Assembly (NCBI GenBank): GCA_051439505.1
Contig: JBFRWI010000160.1
Span: forward strand, 8,160 to 72,159
Direction of reading: 5' to 3'
Length of the DNA stretch: 64,000 nt
From: Hormoscilla sp.
GTDB taxonomy: Bacteria > Cyanobacteriota > Cyanobacteriia > Cyanobacteriales > Desertifilaceae
The notes under the pieces were generated by a model. The model did not search any database and had not been told where the DNA came from. It saw only the letters and a program-made list of their open reading frames with translations. The first letter of the stretch is position 1; the number at the start of each line of letters is the position of its first letter. The position numbers were made by a program, and so were the translations under genes. Below are positions 26,750 to 37,825 of the stretch, in pieces.

Positions 26750-29700
26750 TTAAGCGCTAAAGTATTTAGCAACAGGATGATAAGTGACGATCGCGGTAGT
26801 AGACTGTTCGGGATAAAGCTGTTCGCTTTCATCCATGTACAGGTTAATGCGATCGCTTCCCAAGAGGTCCAACTGCTTGTACTGGTCCTGCATATTCGGG
26901 CAGGCAGGATAGCCAAAACTATAGCGCGAACCGCGATAATGCTGCTGGAACATTTCCCGAATGTTATCGGGTTCTTCACTGCCAAACCCTAACTCGCAGC
27001 GAATTTTAGCATGCAACCATTCCGCGATCGCCTCAGCGGTCTGGACTGCCATGCCGTGGAAATAGAGATAATCAGTATAGAGGTCTTCAGCAAATAGCTT
27101 TTGGGCAAACTCCGTAGCAACTTCTCCCACAGTCACCCCATGCATGGGCCAAACATCAACCCGCATCTTGCCATTTTCCACAGCTAACTCCTTCGGCAAA
27201 AAGAAATCTGCAATGCACATACGGCGCATCGACTTCTGCCGGGGAAACTCAAAGGTATAGATGGGTTGGGCATCCGAAGCAATGTATTGTCCGTCCACAA
27301 CTGCCTGAGGATCGTAGACTAACAGGGAATTACCCTCTGCCAGACAGGGGAAATATCCGTAAACTGCCTGGGGATGCAACAGGTTTTGTTCGACGATCCG
27401 CTGCTTCCACTCCGAAAGGATCGGGTACACCTTCTCTTGCAGAAACTCATTGTACTCTTCCCGGGACTGGTCCTTCGGTTTGCGGAATTGCCATTGCCCT
27501 GCCATCAATGCTTGCAAGTCCATATACCAGAAGACCTCTTCCAGGGAGATATCCTCTGGTTGCAATACTTTCGTTCCCCAGAAAGGTGGCGTCGGACGTT
27601 CTATATCTACCGCCACTGCCTCGGAACGCCGGGTATCGATCTCTACAGGTGGGACATCCGCCTTACTCTCCTCTTTTGCCGGACTGGGAGTATCGGCGAC
27701 CTTACCATTTCCCTTTCCGTTGCCATTTCCATTTCCATTTCCATTTTCATCGACTTCATCCAAAAATCCCTGGATGTCGTCCCAATTTCCTGCCCCTTTC
27801 GCGGGCATCAGTTTGTCCATGAAGTGCAAGTCAGAAAAAGCATCCTTGCCGTAAATCACTTTCCCATTATAGGTGTTCTGGCAATCTTGATGGACGAACT
27901 TGGGCGTTAAGGCGGCACCCCCCAGAATCACTGGGACGGTGATGCCCCGTTCGTTGAACACTTCCAAATTATCCTTCATAAAGGCGGTAGACTTCACCAG
28001 CAGGCCACTCATGGCGATACAATCTGCCTTATGTTCTTCGTAGGCGTTGATAATGTTATCCACGGGCTGTTTAATCCCCAGGTTGATCACCCTGTAGCCG
28101 TTATTGGAGAGGATGATATCCACCAGGTTCTTGCCGATATCGTGGACATCCCCTTTCACCGTGGCGATCACAAAGGTTCCTTTAGCATTATCCCCCGCTT
28201 CGTCCTTTTCCATGAAGGGTTCCAGATAGGCCACCGCTGCTTTCATGGTTTCCGCTGATTGTAACACGAAGGGCAGTTGCATTTGTCCCGAACCGAACAA
28301 TTCTCCCACCACTTTCATCCCGTCCAGCAGGAAGATGTTGATAATATCCAAGGGGGGATGTTTCTCTAGCGCTTTTGCCAACTGTTCGTCTAAACCGATG
28401 CGTTCCCCGTCGATGATGTGCTGCTTCAGCCGTTCTTCTACTGGCAGGTTTTCGTCTACGCTGCGATCGCGCTTAGCGGTCTTGCCGGCGAACATGGTGG
28501 TCAGTTCTGCCAAGGGGTCGTAGGTGCAGATCTCCCCGTCAAATTCCCGCAGATCGTAGATTAACTTACGACAGACTTCTTGATGTTCGGGTTCAATTTT
28601 AGCCAGGGGCAAAATCTTGCTAGCGCTAACAATAGCACCATCTAACCCTACTGCCATTGCTTCGTGCAGAAACATGGAATTCAACACGATCCGCGCTGCG
28701 GGGTTCAAGCCGAAGGACACGTTCGATACACCGAGTAAAATATGACACCCCGGCAACTCTTCCCGAATGCGCCGAATTGATTCTATCGTCGCTTTGCCGT
28801 TCTCCCGGTCCTCTTCAATTCCCGTAGAAACAGGTAAAGCAAGTGTATCAAAGAATATTTCGTTTGCGGAGATGCCGTATTCCACAGCTTGGTTGTAGGC
28901 CCGTTGCGCGATCTCGAATTTCTTGTCAGCAGTCCGGGCCATACCATCTTCATCAATGGTGCCCACAACCACCCCAGCGCCATATTTCTTCGCCAGTTCC
29001 AAGACTTTCAAGAAACGCGGTTCCCCATCTTCATAGTTAGTAGAATTGAGGATGCATTTTCCCCCAGCAACCTTCAAACCCGCCTCCATCTTTTCCCATT
29101 CCGTCGAGTCCAGCATCAGAGGCAAAGTGACATTAGTGACGAGACGAGATGCCAATTCATGCATATCCCGTTCGCCGTCCCGTCCCACATAATCAACGTT
29201 CACATCCAGGACATGGGCACCTTCCTTGACCTGACTTTTGGCCAGGGAAACCAACCCATCCCAGTCTTCCGCATTTAACATATTGCGGCATTTTTTGGAA
29301 CCGCTAGCATTCAGCCGTTCCCCCACAATCAGGAAAGAGTTATCCTGCTCGTAAGCTTGGGTACTATAGATGGATGCCGCTGCTGGTTCAAACTGGGGAT
29401 GGCGTGCTTTGGGCTTGAGGATAGCAGCAATTTCTGCTAATTGTTGAATGTGGTCGGGGCGAGTGCCGCAACAACCGCCAATCACCTGGACGCCCCAATC
29501 TTCCACAAACTTGTGCAAGGCCATGCGCAATTCCATGGGCGTCAGTTTATAATGGGCATGGCCGCCGATGTTTTCCGGTAAACCCGCATTGGGGATACAG
29601 GACACCACAAAGGGGGAATGTTCGCACAGATATTTTATGTGGTCGGCCATCAAGTCTGGACCCGTGGCACAGTTGAGACCCATGATGTCAATGGGGTATG

Positions 29701-30352
29701 GTTGCATAATTGTCAAGGCCGCCTCAATTTCCGATCCCACCAGCATGGTGCCGAAATTTTCAATGGTGACCGAGACCATCAGGGGCAGGCGGGATCCTTT
29801 TTTCTCAAATACTTCCTCGACTGCATTCAACGCCGCTTTAATTTGCAAGACATCTTGACAGGTTTCGATAATAAACAAGTCCGCACCGCCATCGTAGAGT
29901 CCTTCCGCCTGTTCCACGTAAGCAGTCCGGAGAGTATCAAAATCAATATGTCCCAGGGTGGGCAGCTTCGTACCCGGTCCCATAGCCCCGGCCACAAAGC
30001 GGGGTTTTTCCGGGGTCGAGAATTCTGCTGTAGCTTTCTTTGCCAGTTCGGCGGCAGTTTTATTGAGATAATAGGCTTTATCTGCCAAGTCATATTCTGC
30101 CAGCACGATCGAGGTATTGCCGAAGGTATCGGTCTCGATCACATCTGCACCCGCCGCCAGGAAGTCCCGATGCACCTTGGCGATCGCCTCTGGTTTAGTA
30201 TGGACGAGGTACTCGTTACAGCCTTCGTACTCCGGGCCACCGAAGTCAGCGGCGGTCAGGTTTTGGGATTGGATGTTGGTTCCCATCGCCCCATCGAAGA
30301 CGAGCACGGGGCGATCGGGACTGTGGAGGCGTTTCAAAAAGGGACTGTTCAT
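26750..30352 (-). CDS. metH: Cobalamin-dependent methionine synthase
   Basis: [22 protein letters not shown]12-binding [32 protein letters not shown] favours ATG 30352 over 30364. Confidence 0.97.
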   Translation of the reverse strand: MNSPFLKRLHSPDRPVLVFDGAMGTNIQSQNLTAADFGGPEYEGCNEYLVHTKPEAIAKVHRDFLAAGADVIETDTFGNTSIVLAEYDLADKAYYLNKTAAELAKKATAEFSTPEKPRFVAGAMGPGTKLPTLGHIDFDTLRTAYVEQAEGLYDGGADLFIIETCQDVLQIKAALNAVEEVFEKKGSRLPLMVSVTIENFGTMLVGSEIEAALTIMQPYPIDIMGLNCATGPDLMADHIKYLCEHSPFVVSCIPNAGLPENIGGHAHYKLTPMELRMALHKFVEDWGVQVIGGCCGTRPDHIQQLAEIAAILKPKARHPQFEPAAASIYSTQAYEQDNSFLIVGERLNASGSKKCRNMLNAEDWDGLVSLAKSQVKEGAHVLDVNVDYVGRDGERDMHELASRLVTNVTLPLMLDSTEWEKMEAGLKVAGGKCILNSTNYEDGEPRFLKVLELAKKYGAGVVVGTIDEDGMARTADKKFEIAQRAYNQAVEYGISANEIFFDTLALPVSTGIEEDRENGKATIESIRRIREELPGCHILLGVSNVSFGLNPAARIVLNSMFLHEAMAVGLDGAIVSASKILPLAKIEPEHQEVCRKLIYDLREFDGEICTYDPLAELTTMFAGKTAKRDRSVDENLPVEERLKQHIIDGERIGLDEQLAKALEKHPPLDIINIFLLDGMKVVGELFGSGQMQLPFVLQSAETMKAAVAYLEPFMEKDEAGDNAKGTFVIATVKGDVHDIGKNLVDIILSNNGYRVINLGIKQPVDNIINAYEEHKADCIAMSGLLVKSTAFMKDNLEVFNERGITVPVILGGAALTPKFVHQDCQNTYNGKVIYGKDAFSDLHFMDKLMPAKGAGNWDDIQGFLDEVDENGNGNGNGNGKGNGKVADTPSPAKEESKADVPPVEIDTRRSEAVAVDIERPTPPFWGTKVLQPEDISLEEVFWYMDLQALMAGQWQFRKPKDQSREEYNEFLQEKVYPILSEWKQRIVEQNLLHPQAVYGYFPCLAEGNSLLVYDPQAVVDGQYIASDAQPIYTFEFPRQKSMRRMCIADFFLPKELAVENGKMRVDVWPMHGVTVGEVATEFAQKLFAEDLYTDYLYFHGMAVQTAEAIAEWLHAKIRCELGFGSEEPDNIREMFQQHYRGSRYSFGYPACPNMQDQYKQLDLLGSDRINLYMDESEQLYPEQSTTAIVTYHPVAKYFSA

Positions 30353-30427
30353 GGATACTCCCATCTAAGATTAAATCATCTTTCAATTATAATATAATAT
30401 AATTCTGCCAGATAGAGGAGCGATGCC

Positions 30428-30739
30428 ATGGAGTCTGTAATGATGCCCGCATGTGTGAGACCCGCAGATAGTTCGGTCCTGCGAGAGCAACTGAAGCGAG
30501 AGATAACTTGGCCCAGACGGTTAACCGCGTGGCCGAGGAGCGAGAATCACGTGATTCTGACTCAAGAGGGGAAGGATGTGGCTGCTATCATTCATATAGA
30601 GTAATTTTGGCTGCTAGAGAGTGCGATCGAACAGTTGGAAGACGAAATGGATAATGAAGCGATCCGTGCTGCTAGGGAAGAAACAGAAGCCGAACCCGCG
30701 ATTAAATTGGCAGAACTGAAGAAAGAGCTTGGTTTATAA
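30428..30739 (+). pseudogene. Phd/YefM-type antitoxin pseudogene (first of three paralogues)
   Basis: Highly similar to 30786-31148 and 31514-31822 but with small indels and GAA->TAA (atagagtaattttgg vs atagaggaattttgg). Confidence 0.75.
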
Positions 30740-30785
30740 GGTGCTCACGTGACTTATACTTGGCGTTGAACAAAGGAGCAAGACA

Positions 30786-31148
30786 ATGGAGTCTGTAATG
30801 ATGCCCGGATGGGTGACACCGGATACGAAGTGCGCGTCAGCGCCTTCTAGTTCGGTCCTGCGCCTGACCGCAACTGAAGCGAGAAATAACTTTGCCCAGA
30901 CCGTTAACCGCGTGGCCTCCGGCGATCGGTCCGCGGACGGCCCGAAAAATCGACAAGTGATTTTGAGCCAAGACGGGAAGGACGTAGCAGCTATCATCCA
31001 TATAGAGGAATTTTGGCTGCTAGAGAATTTGATCGAACAGTTGGAAGACGATTTTTATGCAGAGGAGGCTGAGAAAATTTTGGCCCAGACAAAACCTGAA
31101 GACTATATTCCCTATGAGCAAGTCAGAAAAGAACTCGGGTTGGAGTAA
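30786..31148 (+). CDS. Type II antitoxin, Phd/YefM family
   Basis: LTATEARNNFAQTVNRV...VILSQDGKDVAAII; overlaps the toxin start (TAATG). Confidence 0.85.
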   Translation: MESVMMPGWVTPDTKCASAPSSSVLRLTATEARNNFAQTVNRVASGDRSADGPKNRQVILSQDGKDVAAIIHIEEFWLLENLIEQLEDDFYAEEAEKILAQTKPEDYIPYEQVRKELGLE

Positions 31149-31426
31149 TGGATGAAGATAATAATTACAGTATAATTTTCTCTCCCCAGGCTCGACGGTC
31201 GTTGAGATCCCTTCCCTCCAACATTCGACAACGCATCAATGCTCAAATTATGGCTTTGGCAGAGGATCCGCGTCCACCAGGAACTAGAGCAATGCAAGGT
31301 TCTAGTAAGGGGCTTTTGCGGCTGCGAGTGGGAGATTATCGGGTAATTTACCGAGTCGATGATGACCAGATTATGGTAGTGATTGTAAAAGTTGGACATC
31401 GCAGCAAAATATATCGCGGCAGATAA
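31148..31426 (+). CDS. Type II toxin, RelE/ParE family
   Basis: YSIIFSPQARRSLRSL..LAEDPRPPG..LRLRVGDYRVIYRVDD..VKVGHRSKIY. Confidence 0.9.
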   Translation: MDEDNNYSIIFSPQARRSLRSLPSNIRQRINAQIMALAEDPRPPGTRAMQGSSKGLLRLRVGDYRVIYRVDDDQIMVVIVKVGHRSKIYRGR

Positions 31427-31513
31427 TTATGTCCGCAAGGGGATCGCCTTTTGGCGGACAACCTGGCGCGTAGGCGATCGCATATAATTAAAGTTGAACA
31501 AAGGAGCAAGACA

Positions 31514-31822
31514 ATGGAACATGTAATGATGTCTGGATGCATAAAACCGGAAGATAGTTCGGTCCTGCGCATGACCACAAAGGAAACGATAGATAACTTT
31601 GAGGAAACCCTTGACAGAGTGGCCGACGGCGAAAATCAAGTAATTTTGAACCAAGATGGCAAGGACGTAGCCGCGATCGTCAATATAGAGGAATATTTGC
31701 TGCTAGCGCGCGTGATGGAAAAGTTTTCAGATAGAATAGATTTAGAAGCTATCCGTGCTGGTAAAAAAGAAGCCGCACCCAAGATTACCGTGGCAGAACT
31801 GAAGGAAGCACTCGGTTTATAA
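31514..31822 (+). CDS. Phd/YefM-type antitoxin paralogue (orphan)
   Basis: AAGGAG RBS; NFEETLDRVADGENQVILNQDGKDVAAIV; paralogue of 30786-31148. Confidence 0.8.
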   Translation: MEHVMMSGCIKPEDSSVLRMTTKETIDNFEETLDRVADGENQVILNQDGKDVAAIVNIEEYLLLARVMEKFSDRIDLEAIRAGKKEAAPKITVAELKEALGL

Positions 31823-32022
31823 GGTGCTAACGTGACTTACACGAAAACAGGCGATCGCATCAAATTGTTGTACGGGATAATTTTTTATAGGTCGCAACTT
31901 GAGTTATATAGTAAAATGCTATTAGTCGGTTTTAACCGACTTTAGCCTCGTTCCCTGGCTCCGCCTGGGAACGCGGGGGTTTGAACCCCCGGCGGGATGA
32001 CAACGTAGCGAAAGTATTTGAT

Positions 32023-32451
32023 ATGAAAGATTCCGGATTTACCCGCATAACTACCGGTGCTGTGCGGTCCAATTTACTTGAGGTCACAACTGAAGTGATG
32101 GTACAAGGAACGCGATTTGTTTTACAGGAAGCAGGGACGGATGTAGGGGCGATCGTCCCCGATCGGGAGTTCGACAAGCTATGTGACATAATGGAAGAAC
32201 TCAAACCTTCCCAGTACAGTCCCGAAGAGGAAGAATATTACGAGGACGATATCGCCATCCACTGCATGTACCCTGATGAGATCCTAGCCGCTTTTGATGA
32301 TATTATGGCAGCAGTGCGGTACGAAAACGAAGTTTTTGGGATCCTGCCGATCGAGAACATGGGAGGCAAAGATGTAGATATCTTTATGCCAGTAGCGATA
32401 ATCATGTCGATCGATCGCTTCTGGGTGCCAGAATATTTGTTCGTCAAGTAG
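32023..32451 (+). CDS. Hypothetical protein with a Phd-like N-terminal domain
   Basis: ITTGAVRSNLLEVTTEV..RFVLQEAGTDVGAIVP resembles a Phd DNA-binding domain; start set at ATG 32023 after a REP copy. Confidence 0.55.
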   Translation: MKDSGFTRITTGAVRSNLLEVTTEVMVQGTRFVLQEAGTDVGAIVPDREFDKLCDIMEELKPSQYSPEEEEYYEDDIAIHCMYPDEILAAFDDIMAAVRYENEVFGILPIENMGGKDVDIFMPVAIIMSIDRFWVPEYLFVK

Positions 32452-32470
32452 AGACAGGAGTTATTAACTA

Positions 32471-33139
32471 ATGACTGTGCTAACAGCAACCAAACCAGCG
32501 AGTACACAAGAGCAATTTACCTCAGAGTCCAGAGTCCTGTTAACAGGTGTCAGTTGGCAAACCTTTAAGGCATTGCTGGCAGAGATTGGAGAAGACCGGA
32601 ATTGTAGAATTGCTTACGATCGAGGAACATTAGAGATTATGACTCCCTATGCAGGACATGAAGAACCAGTAGCACTGATAGAACATTTTATCACAGCAGT
32701 TGCAGATCAACTCGGTATAGAAGTCAGACAACTCGGTTCTCTGACTCTGGAACGATCGGACTTAACCCGGATGGTAGAACCAGATACCTGCTTCTACATT
32801 CAGAATGAATCTTTGGTCAGAGGTAAGGCAGAAATAGACTTGAATATTGACCCGCCACCAGACCTGGTAGTGGAGTCGGACCACACAAATTCGTCCCTGA
32901 ACAAATTTGAAATATACGCATCCCTAGGGGTTCCCGAACTCTGGAGATATCGCAGGTCAACCCTGCAAGTTGATCGACTGGTTGCGGGGAAATATGAACC
33001 TAGTGAATGCAGTTTGGCTTTTCCGTTCTTACCCATTACCGAAGTACCAGAATTTATCGCCCAAAGTAAAACAATTGGCCAGCGATCGGCAGTGCGGGCA
33101 TTTCGCCAACGCATTCAAGCAATTTTAGGTGAGGATTAA
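32471..33139 (+). CDS. Uma2 family (PD-(D/E)XK) endonuclease
   Basis: RIAYDRGTLEIMTP, EPDTCFYIQN, PPPDLVVESD, YASLGVPELWRY. Confidence 0.9.
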   Translation: MTVLTATKPASTQEQFTSESRVLLTGVSWQTFKALLAEIGEDRNCRIAYDRGTLEIMTPYAGHEEPVALIEHFITAVADQLGIEVRQLGSLTLERSDLTRMVEPDTCFYIQNESLVRGKAEIDLNIDPPPDLVVESDHTNSSLNKFEIYASLGVPELWRYRRSTLQVDRLVAGKYEPSECSLAFPFLPITEVPEFIAQSKTIGQRSAVRAFRQRIQAILGED

Positions 33140-33141
33140 AG

Positions 33142-33534
33142 ATGCAGTTAGAGGACTATTTCGACTTTCTAGGCCCGGATGACATTCGGGTTAAAGGAAC
33201 GCGAGTTGGCATTGAGAGCATTCTCTATGAGTATATTCATCGCAAGCTATCGGCAGAGGAAATAGAACCGAAGTTTAGAACCGTAACTTTGGAGCAGGTT
33301 TATGCTACAATCCTCTATTACTTGCATAACCGGGAAGCTGTGGGTAAATACTTCGCGGACTGGTTGGAATGGAGTCATCAGCAGCACGCTACGCTAAGCT
33401 CAGGAAATGATCCCGATCGGGTAATTCTGCGGTTACGGGAACGGATAGCGAAATACGGACGCGATCCCGAAGTACACAAAGCACTGCGTCGCCAACGGGA
33501 ACTAGCAGCACCGGGAAACATCAACTTGCCTTAG
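33142..33534 (+). CDS. DUF433 domain protein
   Basis: DIRVKGTRVGIESIL...LEQVYATILYYLHN. Confidence 0.85.
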   Translation: MQLEDYFDFLGPDDIRVKGTRVGIESILYEYIHRKLSAEEIEPKFRTVTLEQVYATILYYLHNREAVGKYFADWLEWSHQQHATLSSGNDPDRVILRLRERIAKYGRDPEVHKALRRQRELAAPGNINLP

Positions 33535-33614
33535 CATCGGAAGATGATGAGTATCAAGACTATATCACTCATCTGCCCCTGCATTGATAGCAAGTAAGGT
33601 GGGCAATGCTCACC

Positions 33615-35006
33615 CTACTGACTCATATCTGTTTCACTTAAGTAGGTATCCTGCAAGTCTACTTCGCTCAAATCTGCTCCCTTTAACTTTGCTCCCTTCA
33701 GAGAAGCCTTCGACAGGTTAACTTGAAATAGAATCGCTCCCATCAAGTTCGCATAATCCAGGTTTGCTTCCGACAGGTTTACCCTCATCAATTCTAATTT
33801 TCTTAAATTGGCACCTTTCAGGTTTGCCCTACTCAGGTTCGCTTTCGTCAGATCCGCCGTTCTCAAGTCACAGAAACTGAGGTCGCATTCATATAAGATG
33901 GCTCCTGTCAGATCTGCGCCCCTGAGGTCCGCTTCCTGCAAACAAGCCCCGCTAAGATTCGCTCTGGTCAAGTCCGCCCCTCTCAGGTCAGCAAACCTCA
34001 GAATAGCTCGATGGATATGGGCTCTACTCAGATCTGCTCCTCTCAGATCTGTCTTTTCCAGACCAGCATTGTTAAAGTTAACTTGTCTTAAGTTAGCTCT
34101 GTTGAGGTCCACATTTTTCAGGTCCACTGCCGACAAATTGGATTCACTCAAATCTACCATCCTCAGGTTGGCCCAACTCAGATCCAATTTGCTCAGATTT
34201 ACCTTTGGCAGCGATACCTTGGGGGCTAGCAGGTATGCTCCTACTTCCGAAGGGTCGATGCCCGGATCGAATTTAGTCTGGCGATCGTATACAGCCTTTT
34301 GCAGGATAACCCCTTCCAAGCTAGCACCTCTGAGGTCTGCTCCGCTGAGGTTAGCGCCTGTTAAGTTAGCTCCATCCAGATCGGTCTTAACTAGGTTGGC
34401 ATCGATCAGGTTAATCCTCCTCATATCTGCTTCTCTGAGATCCGCCTCTCTCAGATCTACCCCGGACAAATTTGCTTCTCTTAAAGATGCTTGAGGGGCC
34501 AGCAAGTAAGCCCCAGTTGTACTCAGATCGATATCTTCGGGGAAGACAGTTCTATTATTGTAAACAGCCCCCTCTAGTATAGCTCCCGACAGTATAGCTC
34601 CGCGCAACTCTGCTCCGCTGAGGTTGGCTCCTGTTAAGTCCGCCCGATCGAAAGAAGCTCCTACTAAGTTTGCCCTCATCAAGCTAGCTTGTCTCAGCTT
34701 GGCTCCTTTAAGTTCTGCTCCGACTAAATTGGCCTCTCTCAGATCTGCTCCTGTCAGGTCTGCCTTAGTTAGGGTTGACAAATTCAGCAACGCCCTATTC
34801 AGTAAGGCTCCCCTCAGATCTGCCTCAGACAAGTCAGCATCAATCATTTCCGCATAATTGAGAATAGCTTCGCTGAGGTTAGCTCCTCTGAGGTCGCAGC
34901 CTTTCATGATAGCGCCTTTTAAGTCGGCCCCAGATAGGTTTTTGCCCCTGAGATCCTCAGAACTCAGGTTCCGGCGGTGCATAAAGTCAAAGTCGCCAAA
35001 GTTCAT
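33615..35006 (-). CDS. Pentapeptide repeat protein
   Basis: Continuous A(D/N)LxG/xA pentapeptide repeats with two YxxxTxFP...GAYLLAP loops. Confidence 0.93.
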   Translation of the reverse strand: MNFGDFDFMHRRNLSSEDLRGKNLSGADLKGAIMKGCDLRGANLSEAILNYAEMIDADLSEADLRGALLNRALLNLSTLTKADLTGADLREANLVGAELKGAKLRQASLMRANLVGASFDRADLTGANLSGAELRGAILSGAILEGAVYNNRTVFPEDIDLSTTGAYLLAPQASLREANLSGVDLREADLREADMRRINLIDANLVKTDLDGANLTGANLSGADLRGASLEGVILQKAVYDRQTKFDPGIDPSEVGAYLLAPKVSLPKVNLSKLDLSWANLRMVDLSESNLSAVDLKNVDLNRANLRQVNFNNAGLEKTDLRGADLSRAHIHRAILRFADLRGADLTRANLSGACLQEADLRGADLTGAILYECDLSFCDLRTADLTKANLSRANLKGANLRKLELMRVNLSEANLDYANLMGAILFQVNLSKASLKGAKLKGADLSEVDLQDTYLSETDMSQ

Positions 35007-35293
35007 GGTTCATCCTTTCAGGTTGATTGGCTTGACAGAGCCCCATTGCTTGCAGCCGATCGGGATATGATTGGCAATTTCAGGGTCACAATTAATTTCT
35101 TGACGAGCGACTCCGCTTGATTATACAATAGAGGGATAGTTATTTCAAAAATAGTCAGATGACCAACGAAATCGATACTCTGGACGATATGCCCATCCAA
35201 ATGTTCGAGCGACGGTACCTGATGAGGGACAAGAGATTACGTACTACAGCGGCGCGATCGCTCCCGACTATACTTGTCTAGGATAAGGTTTAT

Positions 35294-36547
35294 ATGACTA
35301 AGGAAGAAATGCTCGAAATCATTGAACAAGCGGCTAAAGATAAGGTAACATCCCTTGACCTATCAAAGAAAAAACTGATAGGGCTGCCACCAGAAATCGG
35401 TCAGCTAGACCATCTGACATCCCTAACTCTCTACAGCAATGAACTGAGGGATATGCCCATAGAGATCTGCGCCCTCGGGCATCTGAGGGCCCTCGACCTC
35501 TGCGGCAATCAACTGAGGGAGTTACCCTCTGAAATTGGCGACCTCCAGCATCTGAGTAAGCTGGACATCGGCAGCAATCAACTGAGAGAGTTGCCCTCTG
35601 AAATTGGCGAACTACGGCATCTAATAAAACTAGACGTCAGGCGCAATGAACTGAGAAAATTACCACCAGAAATTGGCAAGCTCCGGTATCTGAAAGATCT
35701 CGATATTGGCGGCAATGAACTGAGAGAATTGCCGCCAGAAATCAGCGCTCTTCAGCATCTGCATAAGCTCGACCTCAGCGGCAATAATTTGACTGTAATG
35801 CCACCAGAAATTGGTCAACTCCAGCATTTAACTAGGCTCGATATCAGCGACAATCAACTGACTGAACTCCCTGCTACTCTTGGCTTACTCCAGCATTTGC
35901 ATGAGCTAGATCTGAGAAACAATCAACTGACTGAACTCCCTGCTACTCTCGGCCAAATGAGCAATTTGAGGTTGCTGTGGATATGGGACAATCAGTTGAG
36001 TACGCTGCCACCAGAAATCGGTCAACTTACCCATCTGAACTGCCTATACCTCAACGACAATCAACTGACTGAACTGCCTGCTACTCTCGGTCAACTTACC
36101 CATCTAATCGGGCTATACATCAGGAATAATCAACTCACGGAACTGCCTGCCACTCTCGAGCAACTCCAGGAAATGACAGTGCTGTATCTCAACAACAATC
36201 AACTGACTGAACTGCCTGCCACCCTCGGTCAACTTGCCAAGCTGAAGGTATTATACCTGAGCAACAATCAACTACAGTCCCTGCCTGCTGAAATCGGCGC
36301 ACTTAGCAATCTTCAATGGTTAGATTTAAGACACAATCAACTAACTCAATTACCAGCTCTTATCGGTCAAATGCACAACCTGACCGGGCTATATTTGAGG
36401 GGCAATCAACTAAACTCTTTGCCTGCTAGTCTCGGTCAACTCCCCCATCTGCGGGAACTAGACTTGGCCGACAATCCCCTCACTTCACCCCCTCCTGAAA
36501 TTGTACAGCAAGGAATAGAGGCTGTTTTGGCTTATCTTCGGAATTAG
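35294..36547 (+). CDS. Leucine-rich repeat protein (Roco-type LRR region only)
   Basis: About 16 23-aa LRRs; N-terminus MTKEEMLEIIEQAAKDKVTSLDLS and C-terminus NPLTSPPPEIVQQGIEAVLAYLR match the Roco LRR caps. Confidence 0.92.
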   Translation: MTKEEMLEIIEQAAKDKVTSLDLSKKKLIGLPPEIGQLDHLTSLTLYSNELRDMPIEICALGHLRALDLCGNQLRELPSEIGDLQHLSKLDIGSNQLRELPSEIGELRHLIKLDVRRNELRKLPPEIGKLRYLKDLDIGGNELRELPPEISALQHLHKLDLSGNNLTVMPPEIGQLQHLTRLDISDNQLTELPATLGLLQHLHELDLRNNQLTELPATLGQMSNLRLLWIWDNQLSTLPPEIGQLTHLNCLYLNDNQLTELPATLGQLTHLIGLYIRNNQLTELPATLEQLQEMTVLYLNNNQLTELPATLGQLAKLKVLYLSNNQLQSLPAEIGALSNLQWLDLRHNQLTQLPALIGQMHNLTGLYLRGNQLNSLPASLGQLPHLRELDLADNPLTSPPPEIVQQGIEAVLAYLRN

Positions 36548-36677
36548 TGGTCATGCATTTGTTGTATGAGTAGGGTGGGCCGCACCCACTGTCATGAGCG
36601 GGTGTGGTACTACCAGCTGGTGCAAGACCACACCCGGGGGGGCACGACTGCGGTGCTCCCTACAATAAGGTTACAGG

Positions 36678-36959
36678 AACCTAGAGTTTATGGCTGGGAA
36701 GCGCTACAAGCTGGTGCTGGACAATCCCAGTCCCCAGAAACATTATTTTACAGCCAAAGACTTTGCTGATGCCATCTGGAATCAAAAAGTGGAAGCTGGC
36801 GATGTGGAAGTAAAAGGGGCCATCCGCGAGATCGAGGTGAAGCCGGCAGCAGAGGCGGAATGGGTATTTGTGCCGATCAAAAGTGGCACTTACGAACTGC
36901 ATTGTGCGATCGCAGGGCATACAGAAGCTGGCATGACGGGGGAAATCACCATTCAGTGA
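36678..36959 (+). pseudogene. Cupredoxin (plastocyanin/azurin-like) gene, apparently 5'-truncated
   Basis: NLEFMAGKRYKLVLDNPSPQKHYF...GTYELHCAIAGHTEAGMTGEI has type-1 copper ligands; no signal peptide or N-terminal strand, and repeat elements lie immediately upstream. Confidence 0.65.
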
Positions 36960-37297
36960 GCAGTTGGCAGGGGTGCCGTTGGTAGTAAGCACGAAGCGTG
37001 CTTGCCGGCGGACAAGGTAGAGATCGACTCATATCACCGGTAGCTACTGGGATAGAACCTCAACTCGTTATCACTATTTCCCAGGTCAACGGTTACTTCG
37101 ACCGCCGGTTGCCGCGCTAAATCGGTAGTTTATGCTCCAGCAGCCGGTGCCAACCAGCCCAGGCAGAAGCAAAGGGCGATCGCCAGCCAGCAGAATTGGC
37201 ACTTCTTCATAAAATTTTTCCTCAAATGCCTAAAAACAGTTTACATGGGACTTGAGGATGTTATAATTATAAATTGTGAGTTTTGAGGCCAGAACAG

Positions 37298-37660
37298 ATG
37301 CACGCACAAGAGGCGATCCGCTCCCTAGAAGCGGAACAGATGAAGGAAAAGCTGCCCCAGATATATATAGGAGACACCGTCAAGGTGGGGGTGCGGATCC
37401 GGGAAGGGGGTAAAGAAAGAACCCAACCCTATGAAGGAACGGTGATCGCCAGGCGGAACACCGGCATAAACGAGACCATTACAGTCCGCCGGATATTCCA
37501 AGGTGTCGGTGTAGAACGGGTGTTCTTGCTGCATTCTCCCCGGATAAAAAGCATCAAAGTGGTGCGCAGAGGCAAGGCCCGCCGGGCAAAACTGTACTAT
37601 TTGCGCGATCGGGTAGGCAAGGGAACCCGCCTGAAGCAACGGTTTGACCGCCCTTTGTAA
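37298..37660 (+). CDS. rplS: 50S ribosomal protein L19
   Basis: [41 protein letters not shown]. Confidence 0.97.
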   Translation: MHAQEAIRSLEAEQMKEKLPQIYIGDTVKVGVRIREGGKERTQPYEGTVIARRNTGINETITVRRIFQGVGVERVFLLHSPRIKSIKVVRRGKARRAKLYYLRDRVGKGTRLKQRFDRPL

Positions 37661-37752
37661 AACGGAGAAAAAAAATTTCCCAAAAAAGTTGACAGAGCTT
37701 GCCCGTCCGATCTAGAATAAATGAAAAGACAGCAAGCTTAGATTTCACCCTT

Positions 37753-37825
37753 GCGCTCTTAGTTCAGCTGGTAGAACGCAGGTCTCCAAAACCTGATGTC
37801 GGGGGTTCAAATCCTCCAGGGCGCG
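37753..37825 (+). tRNA. trnW: tRNA-Trp (CCA)
   Basis: Cloverleaf gcgctct..agggcgc; anticodon arm caggt-ctCCAaa-acctg; T-loop ggttcaaatcc; usual position between rplS and secE. Confidence 0.96.

Noticed and set aside
27700..27752. NG dipeptide microsatellite in metH
   Set aside because: In-frame low-complexity linker between domains; ordinary.
35018..35235. Possible HATPase C-terminal remnant (EHLDGHIVQSIDFVGHLTIFEITIPL)
   Set aside because: The similarity is short and lacks the G-box motifs; not supportable without a search.
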